DNA of 64,000 bases from positions 70,727 to 134,726 of the forward strand of contig JAOAHZ010000007.1 of the NCBI GenBank assembly GCA_026414975.1, read 5' to 3'. The position numbers and the translations under genes were made by a program. Of this stretch, positions 29,431 through 39,152 are shown in pieces. Position 1 is the first letter of the stretch, and each line of letters begins with the position of its first letter. Source of the DNA: Bacteroidia bacterium (lineage in GTDB: Bacteria > Bacteroidota > Bacteroidia > SpSt-205). Below the pieces are notes generated by a model. That model had not been told where the DNA came from, searched no databases, and saw only the letters and a list, made by a program, of their open reading frames with translations.

Positions 29431-30488
29431 TAGCTCAGACTCATGCCGTCATATTAGCCGGTGGCAGCGGCACCCGTTTCTGGCCGCTCAGTCGCGCCAG
29501 CCGACCCAAGCAGTTTTTAGATGTATTGGGCACTAAAAAGAGCCTTCTTCAATCCACTGTGGAGCGTGTCTCCCTTCTCCTTCCTCCCGAACGAATCTGG
29601 CTCTCCGCTTATCGCATGCATCAAGCGCTTGTTGAGTCTCAGTTAGGGGATTTTCCTCCCCATCGGTGTCTCTACGAGCCTCTACAACGGAACACCGCTC
29701 CCAGTATTCTATGGGCCACTGAAGTGATCGCTCGCCAATATCCCGATGCCATTCTATGGATCATGCCTGCCGATCACTTCATTCCAGATGTTGAAGCATT
29801 CGTTCAGCTTGTTCGGTCCGTCTTAGAAACTTGTGACTTTTCAGAAGCTATCTACACTATAGGTATCCGACCGAGGTATCCTCACACAGGGTATGGCTAT
29901 ATCCAGTTCATCCCCAAGCCTACGCTATGTAAGCCCGTCAAGACCTTTACAGAGAAGCCCTCTAAAGAGCTTGCTGAACTCTTTATTCAGAGTGGCGACT
30001 TTCTATGGAATAGCGGCATATTCATAGCCCATGTATCAGTCTTGCGCCGTTCATTTAGCCAGCATGCCCCAGAAATATATGAGCTTTTTGCAGATATAGA
30101 CGTATCAGACCCTGAAGCCGTACTCAAAGCGTTTCAACAGGTGCCGGCTATTTCATTTGACTACGCTGTCATGGAAAAATATACCCCGGTGGCTGTCGTG
30201 GAGGGTAACTTTCGTTGGTGGGACCTCGGCGGCTGGAATGCCCTGTATGAAGTCTCCGCTCATGATCCAAATGGTAATAGCCTCTTCACGAAAGCTTTTC
30301 TTGGCTCGGTAAAAAACTGCCTTCTTGTATCATCAGAACCTAAGAAGGTCATCGTGGTAGATGGTCTCTCAGACTACCTCGTCGTGGACACACCTGATGC
30401 CCTCTTGATTCTACCGCGCGCCCAAGAGCAGACCCTCCGCGAGTGGGTACAGCGCCTTCGCACAGAAGGTGGAAGCGAGTATGTATGA
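29427..30488 (+). CDS. manC: Mannose-1-phosphate guanylyltransferase
   Basis: LAGGSGTRFWPLSR, PKQF, RNTAP, PADH, TGYGYI, FTEKP, WNSG, SFDYAVME. Confidence 0.92.
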   Translation: MIAQTHAVILAGGSGTRFWPLSRASRPKQFLDVLGTKKSLLQSTVERVSLLLPPERIWLSAYRMHQALVESQLGDFPPHRCLYEPLQRNTAPSILWATEVIARQYPDAILWIMPADHFIPDVEAFVQLVRSVLETCDFSEAIYTIGIRPRYPHTGYGYIQFIPKPTLCKPVKTFTEKPSKELAELFIQSGDFLWNSGIFIAHVSVLRRSFSQHAPEIYELFADIDVSDPEAVLKAFQQVPAISFDYAVMEKYTPVAVVEGNFRWWDLGGWNALYEVSAHDPNGNSLFTKAFLGSVKNCLLVSSEPKKVIVVDGLSDYLVVDTPDALLILPRAQEQTLREWVQRLRTEGGSEYV

Positions 30489-30575
30489 CTACAAAGATGA
30501 GGTCATTCCGATGAGCCTAAAACCCCTTCAACCAAAGACAGTAGTAGATTTCCACTTCGCCTCTACCTTAGCCTC

Positions 30576-32501
30576 ATGGTAGGAGCTCTTTTCTGGCTTC
30601 AGCTCTGGCTACTAGACAAGCCTGTCAGCCAAGTCATAACTAAGCCAGTCTATACCGCCCCTCTTATCCATGCTCTCTACGAAGCTGATACCCTGCTACG
30701 AGCTTTTGCTCGGCGTGAAACGCTCTACCTTACTATAGGTGGCAGCTCTCGAATCCGCTTAGAACGATTGCCTGGCTATACCCGCCTAACTGCTCCCGAT
30801 ACCATGACAGCCGTGGCGGGTCTCTATTTACTCTTAGAAGAGAAACATGGGATCAGTTTCTTTCACCCCCGACTCACGGTCCAGACCCCCCATGTGCCGT
30901 CTTGGCAAACTTTGGAAGCCGAGCCACGATTTACATGGCGGGGCTTCCACCTTCACACTCAGCATCCCATAGAGCTTACCGAAGCCCTACATGACCCCGA
31001 CTTCCCTAATGGTGAAGCCCTCATTCGGAACTACATAGACTGGCTGATTCGCAATAGGCAAAACTATTTTGAGTTTTGTCTGCTGCGTACAGTAGACCTA
31101 CACCGCTGGCTTCCATACATGACGAGGATCGTCGATTATGCCCGCAAGCGAGGTATAACAATGGGATTAGACCTCTCTCTCCGAATGCAGCAGCAGCGGG
31201 CTTTCCAACTTATGCCCCGGTGGAAACCCAAGGGTAAAACCCTGCGCCGACACCTCAGACAACTCAGCCAAACTGGCATCACCCGTCTCAATGTGGACCT
31301 GAATGCCGCTGAATTTGTCGGAAAATCATGGGGGTCTTGGATAGATAGCCTCATCTGGCAAAGCAAGCAACTGGGTCTTCAAGTAATGTCTCGTCAGCAT
31401 GTAGTCCCCCCAGAAGCGTACGCAGTGGGGGATTTCCAGCCCTCCCAACTTCCTCCTCAGCTTACCCTTTGCGTGCATTCCGTGATGTGCTACAGCTTAA
31501 TGGATAGCTTGGCCCCTGTGTATCGGTGCAAAGATTTCTCTCACCTTTACCGAACCCTCCTAACCGAGCAAGGTCGGCGCCCTCTTTGGTATTATCCAGA
31601 GACGGCTTACTGGGTAACCTTCGATAATAGCGTTCCAGTGTGGCTGTTGTCTTATTTACGCAGTCGGTTAGAAGATATTCTGATCGTGGAAAGTTTAGCA
31701 GAGGGGCATCTGACATTTTCATCGGGGTGGGATGTGGGGTATTGGCTATTTGATTGGAGTGTGGCTCGTTGGAGCTGGCGTTATATTTACGATGGGGTAG
31801 CTCAAACTCCTTTTCCAGCCGAGGGTTTTGTGCGACTTTTCGGAGGCGATACCTTGGCTTGGAGTTATCTAATCCGGTTTCAGGATAGCTTGCTGGTAGG
31901 ACGGAATGTACTAAGCTACATTACCCCAACTACACCCATAGACGAGATAAGTTGGAACCGCTTGCCGTCCTTTCAGCCGCGGCTACCCGTGCCGCCTTGG
32001 CAACTGTACCGACATCCTCGTAAGTACGCCGACAAAATAGAGCCCATGCTACAAGGAATAAGCTCGGCCTTAGCCATATGGCCAAGGTGGCCAGACGCTT
32101 CCCCCATGGAGCCTATGATGTTTCTTCTTTATGAAGAGCTGAAAACAGCGTGGGACCTGACTCGCTTGAGGGTAAAGTTTCGTTCCTGCTGGCTGCAAGC
32201 GCTCATAAGCTCGCAGGAGGCTCGCAAGCAGCTCATAGACACCTTGTACTCAATCCTGGCGCAGGCTGAAAAGACCGTGTCCAAGCTACCTATCCGCTAT
32301 CCTCATACGGCTCAGCGACACTTATGCCGAGCTAGTAAGCCAGGCTGTAAGCACCCCCACCCTTCCTATCGGTTTGGATATTTATATCCAGCTGTAAGTC
32401 TGCACTTCTGGAGGCGGGAAATCGGGCAGGTGCAAGAGGGACGCTGGGGCGTCCTATATAGCAACCTATGGGATATACCAAGGATCATCGGGCTATGGTA
32501 G
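30576..32501 (+). CDS. Hypothetical protein, probably exported
   Basis: 641-aa open frame with promoter-like TACCTTAG 4 nt upstream; EPRFTWRGFHLHTQHP segment; family not recognised. Confidence 0.75.
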   Translation: MVGALFWLQLWLLDKPVSQVITKPVYTAPLIHALYEADTLLRAFARRETLYLTIGGSSRIRLERLPGYTRLTAPDTMTAVAGLYLLLEEKHGISFFHPRLTVQTPHVPSWQTLEAEPRFTWRGFHLHTQHPIELTEALHDPDFPNGEALIRNYIDWLIRNRQNYFEFCLLRTVDLHRWLPYMTRIVDYARKRGITMGLDLSLRMQQQRAFQLMPRWKPKGKTLRRHLRQLSQTGITRLNVDLNAAEFVGKSWGSWIDSLIWQSKQLGLQVMSRQHVVPPEAYAVGDFQPSQLPPQLTLCVHSVMCYSLMDSLAPVYRCKDFSHLYRTLLTEQGRRPLWYYPETAYWVTFDNSVPVWLLSYLRSRLEDILIVESLAEGHLTFSSGWDVGYWLFDWSVARWSWRYIYDGVAQTPFPAEGFVRLFGGDTLAWSYLIRFQDSLLVGRNVLSYITPTTPIDEISWNRLPSFQPRLPVPPWQLYRHPRKYADKIEPMLQGISSALAIWPRWPDASPMEPMMFLLYEELKTAWDLTRLRVKFRSCWLQALISSQEARKQLIDTLYSILAQAEKTVSKLPIRYPHTAQRHLCRASKPGCKHPHPSYRFGYLYPAVSLHFWRREIGQVQEGRWGVLYSNLWDIPRIIGLW

Positions 32502-32574
32502 CGCCCGCTGCAGGATTCGAACCTGCGACCCTCTGGTTAACAGCCAGATGCTCTAACCGCTGAGCTAAGCGGGC
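32502..32574 (-). tRNA. tRNA-Asn (GTT), CCA not encoded
   Basis: Cloverleaf GCCCGCT-TA-GCTC-AGCGGTTA-GAGC-A-TCTGG-CTGTTAA-CCAGA-GGGTC-GCAGG-TTCGAAT-CCTGC-AGCGGGC-G. Confidence 0.97.
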
Positions 32575-32578
32575 ATGA

Positions 32579-32586
32579 CAAAGATA
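32579..32586 (-). promoter_or_regulatory. -7 element TATCTTTG of tRNA-Asn
   Basis: Exact TAnnTTTG 4 nt upstream of tRNA nucleotide 1; TTG 18 nt further upstream. Confidence 0.75.
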
Positions 32587-32615
32587 AAGCATTCTGCGCA
32601 TACGCAAGAAGTCCG

Positions 32616-32623
32616 TATCTTTG
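32616..32623 (+). promoter_or_regulatory. -7 element TATCTTTG of the bamD operon
   Basis: Exact TAnnTTTG 4 nt before GTG 32628. Confidence 0.75.
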
Positions 32624-32627
32624 AACG

Positions 32628-33443
32628 GTGCGCTGGCTGGTCGGCAGTATAATCCTCTCTACAATACTCGGTTGTGATCCCTATCGGAAGCTCGCCCGCA
32701 GCAAGAACCTAGTAGATAGGGACTCAGCTGCTTTTGGTTACTTTAGGCGAAAACAGTACGAGTCTGCCTCTCAGCTTATGGAAGAACTAGTGGGGCTATA
32801 CCGAGGGAATGTCCGAGCGGCTGAGGTGCTGTATCACTTGGCTTTAGCTCGGATGCACCTCAAAGATTATTACGCCGCTGAGCGCTACTTCGGTCAGCTC
32901 GTGGACGAGTACCCCCTTAGTCCTCGAGCCGAGGAAGCCCTCTTCATGCAGGCCAAAATGAACTATCAACTTTCAGCCGATTACGACTTCGATCAGCGGG
33001 AAACCAAGCGCGCAATTGATAAGCTTCAAGTGTATCTCACCCTCTATCCCGATGGCGTCTACGCAAGTCAAGCTGAAGCTATGCTAAGTGAGTTAGAACG
33101 CAAGCTGGAAGTTAAAGCTTTCCAAACGGCGGAGGCCTTCTACCGAATCGGACGCTACCGTGCCGCCGTAGTGCTATATGGGGATTTCTTGACTTATGCC
33201 ACGGAGCCCGACTTACGGGAAGAAGCAGCCTATAAGCGCGTCTCCTCGGCTTTCCTCATGGCAGAGCGTAGCATTGAAGAGAAACAACTACCGAGGTTCT
33301 CGGAAGCCGAAGCACTTTATCGTACCTTTGTGGAAAATTATCCCCATAGTTCGTACCTTCCCTCCTTAAAAGCGCAATATGAGTACACGAAGAGAGTACT
33401 ACAAGTCCCTCGCCGAACAGCTCCAAGTACCCCAGGAGATTGA
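32628..33443 (+). CDS. bamD: Outer membrane protein assembly factor BamD
   Basis: Lipobox ILGC, TPR-like repeats, DYDFDQRETKRAI, KLEVKAF; Bacteroidota synteny. Confidence 0.88.
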   Translation: MRWLVGSIILSTILGCDPYRKLARSKNLVDRDSAAFGYFRRKQYESASQLMEELVGLYRGNVRAAEVLYHLALARMHLKDYYAAERYFGQLVDEYPLSPRAEEALFMQAKMNYQLSADYDFDQRETKRAIDKLQVYLTLYPDGVYASQAEAMLSELERKLEVKAFQTAEAFYRIGRYRAAVVLYGDFLTYATEPDLREEAAYKRVSSAFLMAERSIEEKQLPRFSEAEALYRTFVENYPHSSYLPSLKAQYEYTKRVLQVPRRTAPSTPGD

Positions 33444-33735
33444 ACCGGTGTCTATTAAGGAGCTACTTCGGCGTTCTACCCAAAATAACATTTACGAGGT
33501 AACCGTTTCCATGAGTCGGCGGTCTGAGCGAATTTTATCCGAGCTTACCGAAGAGCTACGAACCAAACTTCAAGATATTAGCGCTCAGGAGGACCTAACG
33601 CATAGGGGTGACCCGGAGCTTCAACAGCAGCTTCAAGCTGAGCTACAACAGTGGGTAGAACTGTATCGTTCCTTGCCCAAGCCTACGCTTATTGCGCTGT
33701 GGGAAAAACTGCACGAAACACCGCCTGAATCCTGA
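33379..33735 (+). CDS. rpoZ: RNA polymerase omega subunit (Bacteroidota type), divergent
   Basis: NIYEVTVSMSRRSERI...ELRTKL...YRSLPKPTLIA; position between bamD and coaBC. Confidence 0.75.
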   Translation: MSTRREYYKSLAEQLQVPQEIEPVSIKELLRRSTQNNIYEVTVSMSRRSERILSELTEELRTKLQDISAQEDLTHRGDPELQQQLQAELQQWVELYRSLPKPTLIALWEKLHETPPES

Positions 33736-33736
33736 G

Positions 33737-34951
33737 GTGGCCCACATCCTCCTCGGCGTAACTGGTAGCATTGCCGCCTATAAGACACCTGCCCTCGTAC
33801 GAGCCCTCCAAAAAGAGGGGCATCGTGTCTCGGTTATTTTGACCCAAGCGGCTCAAGAGTTCGTAGCACCTTTGACCTTAGAAACGCTGGCTCAGGGGAA
33901 GGTTCTGAAAGACCTCTGGGGCACAGAAGCAAGAGGCGCCCAGCCGGGAGAGTGGACCCAACATATTGCCTTAGCCAAACAGGCTGACCTGCTGCTTATT
34001 GCTCCAGCCACAGCTCATACCATCGCTAAGTTAGCCCAGGGCCTATGCGATGACCTTCTTTCGGCGGTGTTTTTAGCCACGCGCAAGCCTAGCCTCATTG
34101 CTCCAGCTATGGAAGGCACCATGTATCGTCACCCGATAGTTCAGCGCAATCTAAAACGGCTTGAACGCTTGCCCTGGGTCTCTATTATTCCGCCTGCGCG
34201 CGGTTTCTTGGCTAGTGGGGCTCACGATACAGGACGATTAGCTTCTGGCGCCCGAATCCTTGCTGCGGTAGAGAGGGCCCTTTCGCCGCCTCTTTTGCGA
34301 GGAAAGAAGGTTCTCATCACCTTAGGGGCTACTCGCGAGCGCTGGGACGACGTCCGCTTTCTCTCTAATCACTCCACAGGCCGAATGGGCTGGGCTCTGG
34401 CTAAAGCAGCCTACGCTCTCGGCGCTCAAGAGATACATTTGCTTGCAGCTCACACAGAAGTCCCCCTTTACCCCCATCTCTTCCGTGTTACGCGCACCCC
34501 TACCGCAAAAGACATGTTAGAAGCTTTCCAGCAGGTCTACGCGGGATACGACTGGCTTATATTCGCCGCTGCTGTTAGCGATTACACTTTCGCCTACCGC
34601 CTACCCCAAAAGCACAAAAAGTCCGAGAGAGAAATAAGCCTTCCCCTCGTAGCGGCCCCCGACATCCTAAAATGGGCCGGGCAGAACCGCCAACCCCATC
34701 AACTGCTCATAGGTTTCGCTTTGGAAGCCGCAGGCGAGGAGAAACTGGCTTGGGAAAAGCTGCACTGCAAAGGAGCCGATTGGCTGGCCTTCAACGAAAT
34801 AAGCCCTCAGACGGGCATGGGCTCCCCTACGAATGCTCTCACTTTATTGAGCCGCTGGGGCCATCGTCATGTTATCCCTCTCGCTCCAAAGCCTCAGGTT
34901 GCTCGAGAAATGCTTATCTTCATCGCTCGTGAAAGTCCTACTCAGCCTTAG
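33737..34951 (+). CDS. coaBC: Phosphopantothenoylcysteine decarboxylase/synthetase
   Basis: LLGVTGSIAAYK, APATAHTIAKLA, APAM, DDVRFLSNHSTGRMG, AAAVSDY, GFALE. Confidence 0.95.
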   Translation: MAHILLGVTGSIAAYKTPALVRALQKEGHRVSVILTQAAQEFVAPLTLETLAQGKVLKDLWGTEARGAQPGEWTQHIALAKQADLLLIAPATAHTIAKLAQGLCDDLLSAVFLATRKPSLIAPAMEGTMYRHPIVQRNLKRLERLPWVSIIPPARGFLASGAHDTGRLASGARILAAVERALSPPLLRGKKVLITLGATRERWDDVRFLSNHSTGRMGWALAKAAYALGAQEIHLLAAHTEVPLYPHLFRVTRTPTAKDMLEAFQQVYAGYDWLIFAAAVSDYTFAYRLPQKHKKSEREISLPLVAAPDILKWAGQNRQPHQLLIGFALEAAGEEKLAWEKLHCKGADWLAFNEISPQTGMGSPTNALTLLSRWGHRHVIPLAPKPQVAREMLIFIARESPTQP

Positions 34952-35819
34952 CCTCATTTGGGCCCAAGAACTCCTACCCATCGTAAATATCCAGGCCCCC
35001 GGCATCCAGGGGATTGATCGCTCTATCCTTCAGCAGCTTCAGCAAGACATTACGCAATATCTCAGCACCAATCGTTTCTCTGAAGATGTATTTGCTCCTA
35101 ACGAACGCATCAAGTGTCTATTCAACATTGTGATTACTGCCTTACCAAACCCTACACGGTTTGAAGGAACGATGCAAGTCCAAGCTATCCGCCCCGTCTA
35201 CAATAGCACCTACGAGACCCTCACCTTCAACTTCAACGATCCAGACTTGCGCATCAACTACACCGCCACGCAAACCCTTCAGTTCTCCGAAAACACATAC
35301 GTGGATAACTTGACTGCCCTGCTAAACTTCTACGCTTACATGATCTTGGGAATGGATTACAACAGTTTCGGTCCCGAAGCAGGCCTACCGTACTTCCAGA
35401 AAGCGCAGCAAATACTGAACTTAGCCGCTGCAAATAGTAGTGAACCCGGATGGCAGCCAACCGGCAACTTTCTCCGCTCTCGCTACTGGATTTTAGAAAA
35501 CCTGCTCAACGCCAGCTATAAGCAGTTTCACACCCTTTTTTATCGCTATCATCGGGAGGGACTGGACAAAATGCATAAAGACCCCGCTGCCGCCCGCGAA
35601 GTTCTTTTAGAGGTTCTGCAAGGTATGGTAAAGTTTAGTCAGGAAAATCCCAACAGCACCTTGATACGGCTCTTTGTGGATGTAAAAGGGACAGAACTAA
35701 TGCAGGCTTTTCGAAAGGCAATGCCTGAGCAGAAGCAACGGTTTGTGGCAGCTATGCGGCAGCTGGATCCCAATAATCTCAGCGTTTACGAAAATCTCCT
35801 CCAAGAGGGGAATCCTTGA
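34929..35819 (+). CDS. DUF4835 family / T9SS component PorD
   Basis: ERIKC, QAIRPVYNSTYET, NLTALLNFYAYMILGMDY, YHREGLD; downstream of coaBC; GTG start inferred. Confidence 0.8.
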   Translation: MKVLLSLSLIWAQELLPIVNIQAPGIQGIDRSILQQLQQDITQYLSTNRFSEDVFAPNERIKCLFNIVITALPNPTRFEGTMQVQAIRPVYNSTYETLTFNFNDPDLRINYTATQTLQFSENTYVDNLTALLNFYAYMILGMDYNSFGPEAGLPYFQKAQQILNLAAANSSEPGWQPTGNFLRSRYWILENLLNASYKQFHTLFYRYHREGLDKMHKDPAAAREVLLEVLQGMVKFSQENPNSTLIRLFVDVKGTELMQAFRKAMPEQKQRFVAAMRQLDPNNLSVYENLLQEGNP

Positions 35820-36325
35820 AGCCAGCCCGCCTCATCTTAATCGGCCCCCCTGCCGCGGGCAAAACGACTTTAGGGCGGCGCTGGGCACACCAAGCTAAAC
35901 TGCCGTTTTGGGATACGGATGAAGAAATCGTCTGTCGCACAGGACGATCCATAGAGGAATGGTTCCAAGCAGGTGAAACCTGCTTTCGCCAAGTAGAATG
36001 GGATACGATCGTCCAGCTCCTTGAGAGAGAAGAAAGGGGAGTGATAGCGGTCGGTGGAGGTTTCCCCGCTCAACCTGGCGCCATGTCTCTCCTTCTGAAG
36101 GCGGGGTATGTGCTATGGATAGACCCCCCTATAGAGTGGCTTGTTAGCCGATGGCGACAAGTTTCCATAGAACGACCTCCTCTACACCACCGATCCGAAG
36201 CAGAAAGGATAGCCCTCATGACACATCGCCGCTCCTTCTATCGAGAAGCAGACTTGCATTGGCCCATAGACATAATCCCCGAAAACCTAGTCTGGAAGTG
36301 GGCTGAAAGACGACTCAGGGCTTAG
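35816..36325 (+). CDS. aroK: Shikimate kinase
   Basis: GPPAAGKTT, DTDEEI, GETCFRQVE, AVGGG, RPPL. Confidence 0.88.
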   Translation: MKPARLILIGPPAAGKTTLGRRWAHQAKLPFWDTDEEIVCRTGRSIEEWFQAGETCFRQVEWDTIVQLLEREERGVIAVGGGFPAQPGAMSLLLKAGYVLWIDPPIEWLVSRWRQVSIERPPLHHRSEAERIALMTHRRSFYREADLHWPIDIIPENLVWKWAERRLRA

Positions 36326-37145
36326 GTGGAGCGGGCTTTTTCTTACGAGGTTGAGACTCCTCCATTTCCAACTCCAGCTCCACATCCAACTCCTCTAATC
36401 CCAAATCATCTATCGGCTCAAACCCTCCCCCTTCTAAATCCAGCTCCTCCAGGCCGAGGTCTTCATCTAAGTTTAGCTCAGAATCCAGATTCAGATTCGG
36501 AACATCCGGGCTCACCCCGAGCTCCTGTTCCAGTTCGCGTTCTAAGAGCGTCATATCTTCTTGAATCTCTGATGCAGAGGGACCCGCTAACGGTCCTGCC
36601 TCGCTGCCCGCAGAATGAAACTCCGGGATAGCGCAGCAGCTGGACAGAATTGGGTCTACCGAGATTTCCTCATTTATTTCGTACCCATACGCCAAAAGGA
36701 CCTGCCGTAAAGTGTCTAAACGAACATGATTGCTGTCTAAATCCACAACCACCTGATGCTGAGCCGAGTCTAAGGCCACCGAGAAAACCCCGACAGGAAA
36801 AAAGAGACGCAGAATGGAGTCCATACGACTAATAGGACAAGTGGAACACTCGCCTAAATAGTCAAATCGCAAGCGAAGGTTAGCCTCAGAGGCGGAGCTA
36901 CATCGCATCAAAAGCGGGAATATCAAAGTCAGGCCAAGCATTATACCTTCACGACCCTTCCGGCGGAGGAGCTTATATAGGCTGAATCCAAATCGGACCG
37001 CTCCATAAGCTATCATAAAAAGCGGCAGACCCTGCTGAGCCCATGCAGGAAGCCCTGAATCTAACGGGTGGACATACAAATAAGCACCTATCCCGCTAAT
37101 AAGCAGGCCCGTAAAAAGTCCAAGATATACACTCAAGGTAGCCAT
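36315..37145 (-). CDS. Membrane protein with HMA-like CxxC domain and acidic tail
   Basis: Two to three hydrophobic segments, GECSTCP...LLAYGY, SSCC, Glu/Asp/Leu-rich C-terminus. Confidence 0.7.
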   Translation of the reverse strand: MATLSVYLGLFTGLLISGIGAYLYVHPLDSGLPAWAQQGLPLFMIAYGAVRFGFSLYKLLRRKGREGIMLGLTLIFPLLMRCSSASEANLRLRFDYLGECSTCPISRMDSILRLFFPVGVFSVALDSAQHQVVVDLDSNHVRLDTLRQVLLAYGYEINEEISVDPILSSCCAIPEFHSAGSEAGPLAGPSASEIQEDMTLLERELEQELGVSPDVPNLNLDSELNLDEDLGLEELDLEGGGFEPIDDLGLEELDVELELEMEESQPRKKKPAPPKP

Positions 37146-39148
37146 CAGTAGGCGAGAAGTTTCTGGACTGCATCATGTAAGCGCCTCCACGGCAGAAAGT
37201 CGGCTTCCAAGCTGGGGCTAAATGGCACAGGGGTGTCACGCGAGGCCAATCGGATCACAGGGGCATCTAATTGTTCAAAAAGATATTCACCTATCCAAGC
37301 AGCGATCTCAGCTCCAACTCCAGCGGTATAAGTACCCTCATAAAGGACCAAAACCCGGTGAGTTTTACGAACAGAAGCGGTAATGGTATCTTGATCGTAG
37401 GGCAGGATAGTACGCAGGTCTATCACTTCTATATCCACCTCAGGGGCGAGCTGATGAGCGAGTTTTAGGGCTTCCACCACGCCCATGCCATAGGTGATGA
37501 TGGAGAGGTCGCGCCCCTCACGAGCAATCCGAGCTACACCAAGGGGAAGATTGTAATACGATTCTGGGACCGCATCTTGAACACTGCGGTACAGCGCCTT
37601 ATGTTCAAAGAAGAGGGAGGGGTTGGGGTCTCGCAAAGCTGTGGTGAGCAGACCTTTTGCATCGTATGCCGTAGAGGGATAGATGATCTTGAGGCCTGGG
37701 ATGTGAAAGAAGACCCCTTCTAAGCTCTGGGAGTGAAAAGGACCGGCTCCTACACCAGCACCCGTCGGCAACCTCACTACTACTTTAGGAGGGACGCCCC
37801 AGCGGTAGTAGTTTTTGGCTAGGTTATTAACGATTTGGGTAAAGCCGTAGCTGACGAAATCCGCAAACTGCATCTCTACCATGCTGGAAAAGTCCCGAAG
37901 GGCTAACCCAAGGCTCATCCCCAAAATGGCGGATTCACAGAGAGGGGTGTTTCGGATCCGCTCTTTTCCAAATAGCTCTACGAAACCCTCTGTAACCTTG
38001 AAGACCCCTCCGTATTCGGCGATGTCTTGGCCCATTAGAATGAGCCGAGGTTGACGCTCCATCGCCTGACGCAGCCCCTCAGAAATAGCATCTACAAATC
38101 GCAGAGAGCGACCACCCCGATCAGCTGGGGGAGGAACAAGAGGTTCATCAAATGGCGCATATACTTCCGCAGCTTCTGGAGTCGGTTCGGGTTCAGAAAG
38201 GACTGGCCGAATCTCCTCTTCTATCTTTTGCTTTAGTTCTCGGCGCAGAGCTTGGACCTCTTTCTGAGTCAGTAGATTTTTTTCTATGAGAAATCGTTCG
38301 TAGTTGAGAATCGGGTCGCGAGCTCCCCACTCTTGGTAGAGGGAGGGAGGCACATATTTAGTTCCGGAGGCCTCTTCATGACCGCGCATGCGGAATGTGA
38401 TAGCTTCTATCAATCGAGGGCGCCTGTCCTTGCGAGCCTTTTCTGCTAAATCCCGAATTGTATGATAGACCTCTAAGACATTATTGCCTGGGATGGTATA
38501 ACCTTCCATGCCATACCCGACAGCTCTCAATGACAGCCTTTCACAAGCATACTGCTCGGAAGTAGGGGTAGAGAGGGCATAGCCGTTATTTTCTATGAGG
38601 AAAAGGACAGGGAGATTCCAGACGCTGGCCACATTGAGGGCCTCATGAAAATCTCCCTCACTGGTGCCGCCCTCCCCGATGAAGGCTAAGGCAATGTAGT
38701 CGTCGTGTTCTAAATTACTGGCCAAAGCCACCCCATTAGCCACGGGAAGCATAGCAGCGAGGTGAGAAATCATTCCGATGACGCGGTATTCTGGTGCCCC
38801 AAAGTGAAAGGACCGCTCGCGTCCCCGAGTGAAACCCGAGGCCTTACCTTGCCACTGAGCAAAGAGCTTGCGCAGAGGCATTCCGCGACTGGTGAATACG
38901 CCTAAGTTTCTATGCAGAGGGAATATGTAGTCCGTCGGCTCTAACGCTAAGGTTGCCCCCACCGCTATTGCCTCCTGACCAATACCAGAGAACCACTTAC
39001 TGACCTTCCCCTGACGCAGGAGGGACAACATCTTCTCCTCTATCAACCGAGCGTACAGCATCTCCCGATAGAGGCGCAGAGCGGTATCCCTCGGTATATC
39101 TCGGAGGTCATAGCTAAAGACCGATGCAGTCGCAGACGGTGTAGCCAT
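37145..39148 (-). CDS. 2-oxoacid dehydrogenase E1, fused alpha/beta subunits (probably branched-chain type)
   Basis: GEGGTSEGDFHEALN, ENNGYA, FRMRGHEEA, GQDIAEYGGVF, EMQFADF, GPFHSQ, FEHKALY. Confidence 0.92.
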   Translation of the reverse strand: MATPSATASVFSYDLRDIPRDTALRLYREMLYARLIEEKMLSLLRQGKVSKWFSGIGQEAIAVGATLALEPTDYIFPLHRNLGVFTSRGMPLRKLFAQWQGKASGFTRGRERSFHFGAPEYRVIGMISHLAAMLPVANGVALASNLEHDDYIALAFIGEGGTSEGDFHEALNVASVWNLPVLFLIENNGYALSTPTSEQYACERLSLRAVGYGMEGYTIPGNNVLEVYHTIRDLAEKARKDRRPRLIEAITFRMRGHEEASGTKYVPPSLYQEWGARDPILNYERFLIEKNLLTQKEVQALRRELKQKIEEEIRPVLSEPEPTPEAAEVYAPFDEPLVPPPADRGGRSLRFVDAISEGLRQAMERQPRLILMGQDIAEYGGVFKVTEGFVELFGKERIRNTPLCESAILGMSLGLALRDFSSMVEMQFADFVSYGFTQIVNNLAKNYYRWGVPPKVVVRLPTGAGVGAGPFHSQSLEGVFFHIPGLKIIYPSTAYDAKGLLTTALRDPNPSLFFEHKALYRSVQDAVPESYYNLPLGVARIAREGRDLSIITYGMGVVEALKLAHQLAPEVDIEVIDLRTILPYDQDTITASVRKTHRVLVLYEGTYTAGVGAEIAAWIGEYLFEQLDAPVIRLASRDTPVPFSPSLEADFLPWRRLHDAVQKLLAY

Positions 39149-39152
39149 AAGA

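Noticed and set aside
32502..32574. tRNA as an integration site
   Set aside because: No integrase nearby and no duplicated tRNA 3' end noticed in the window
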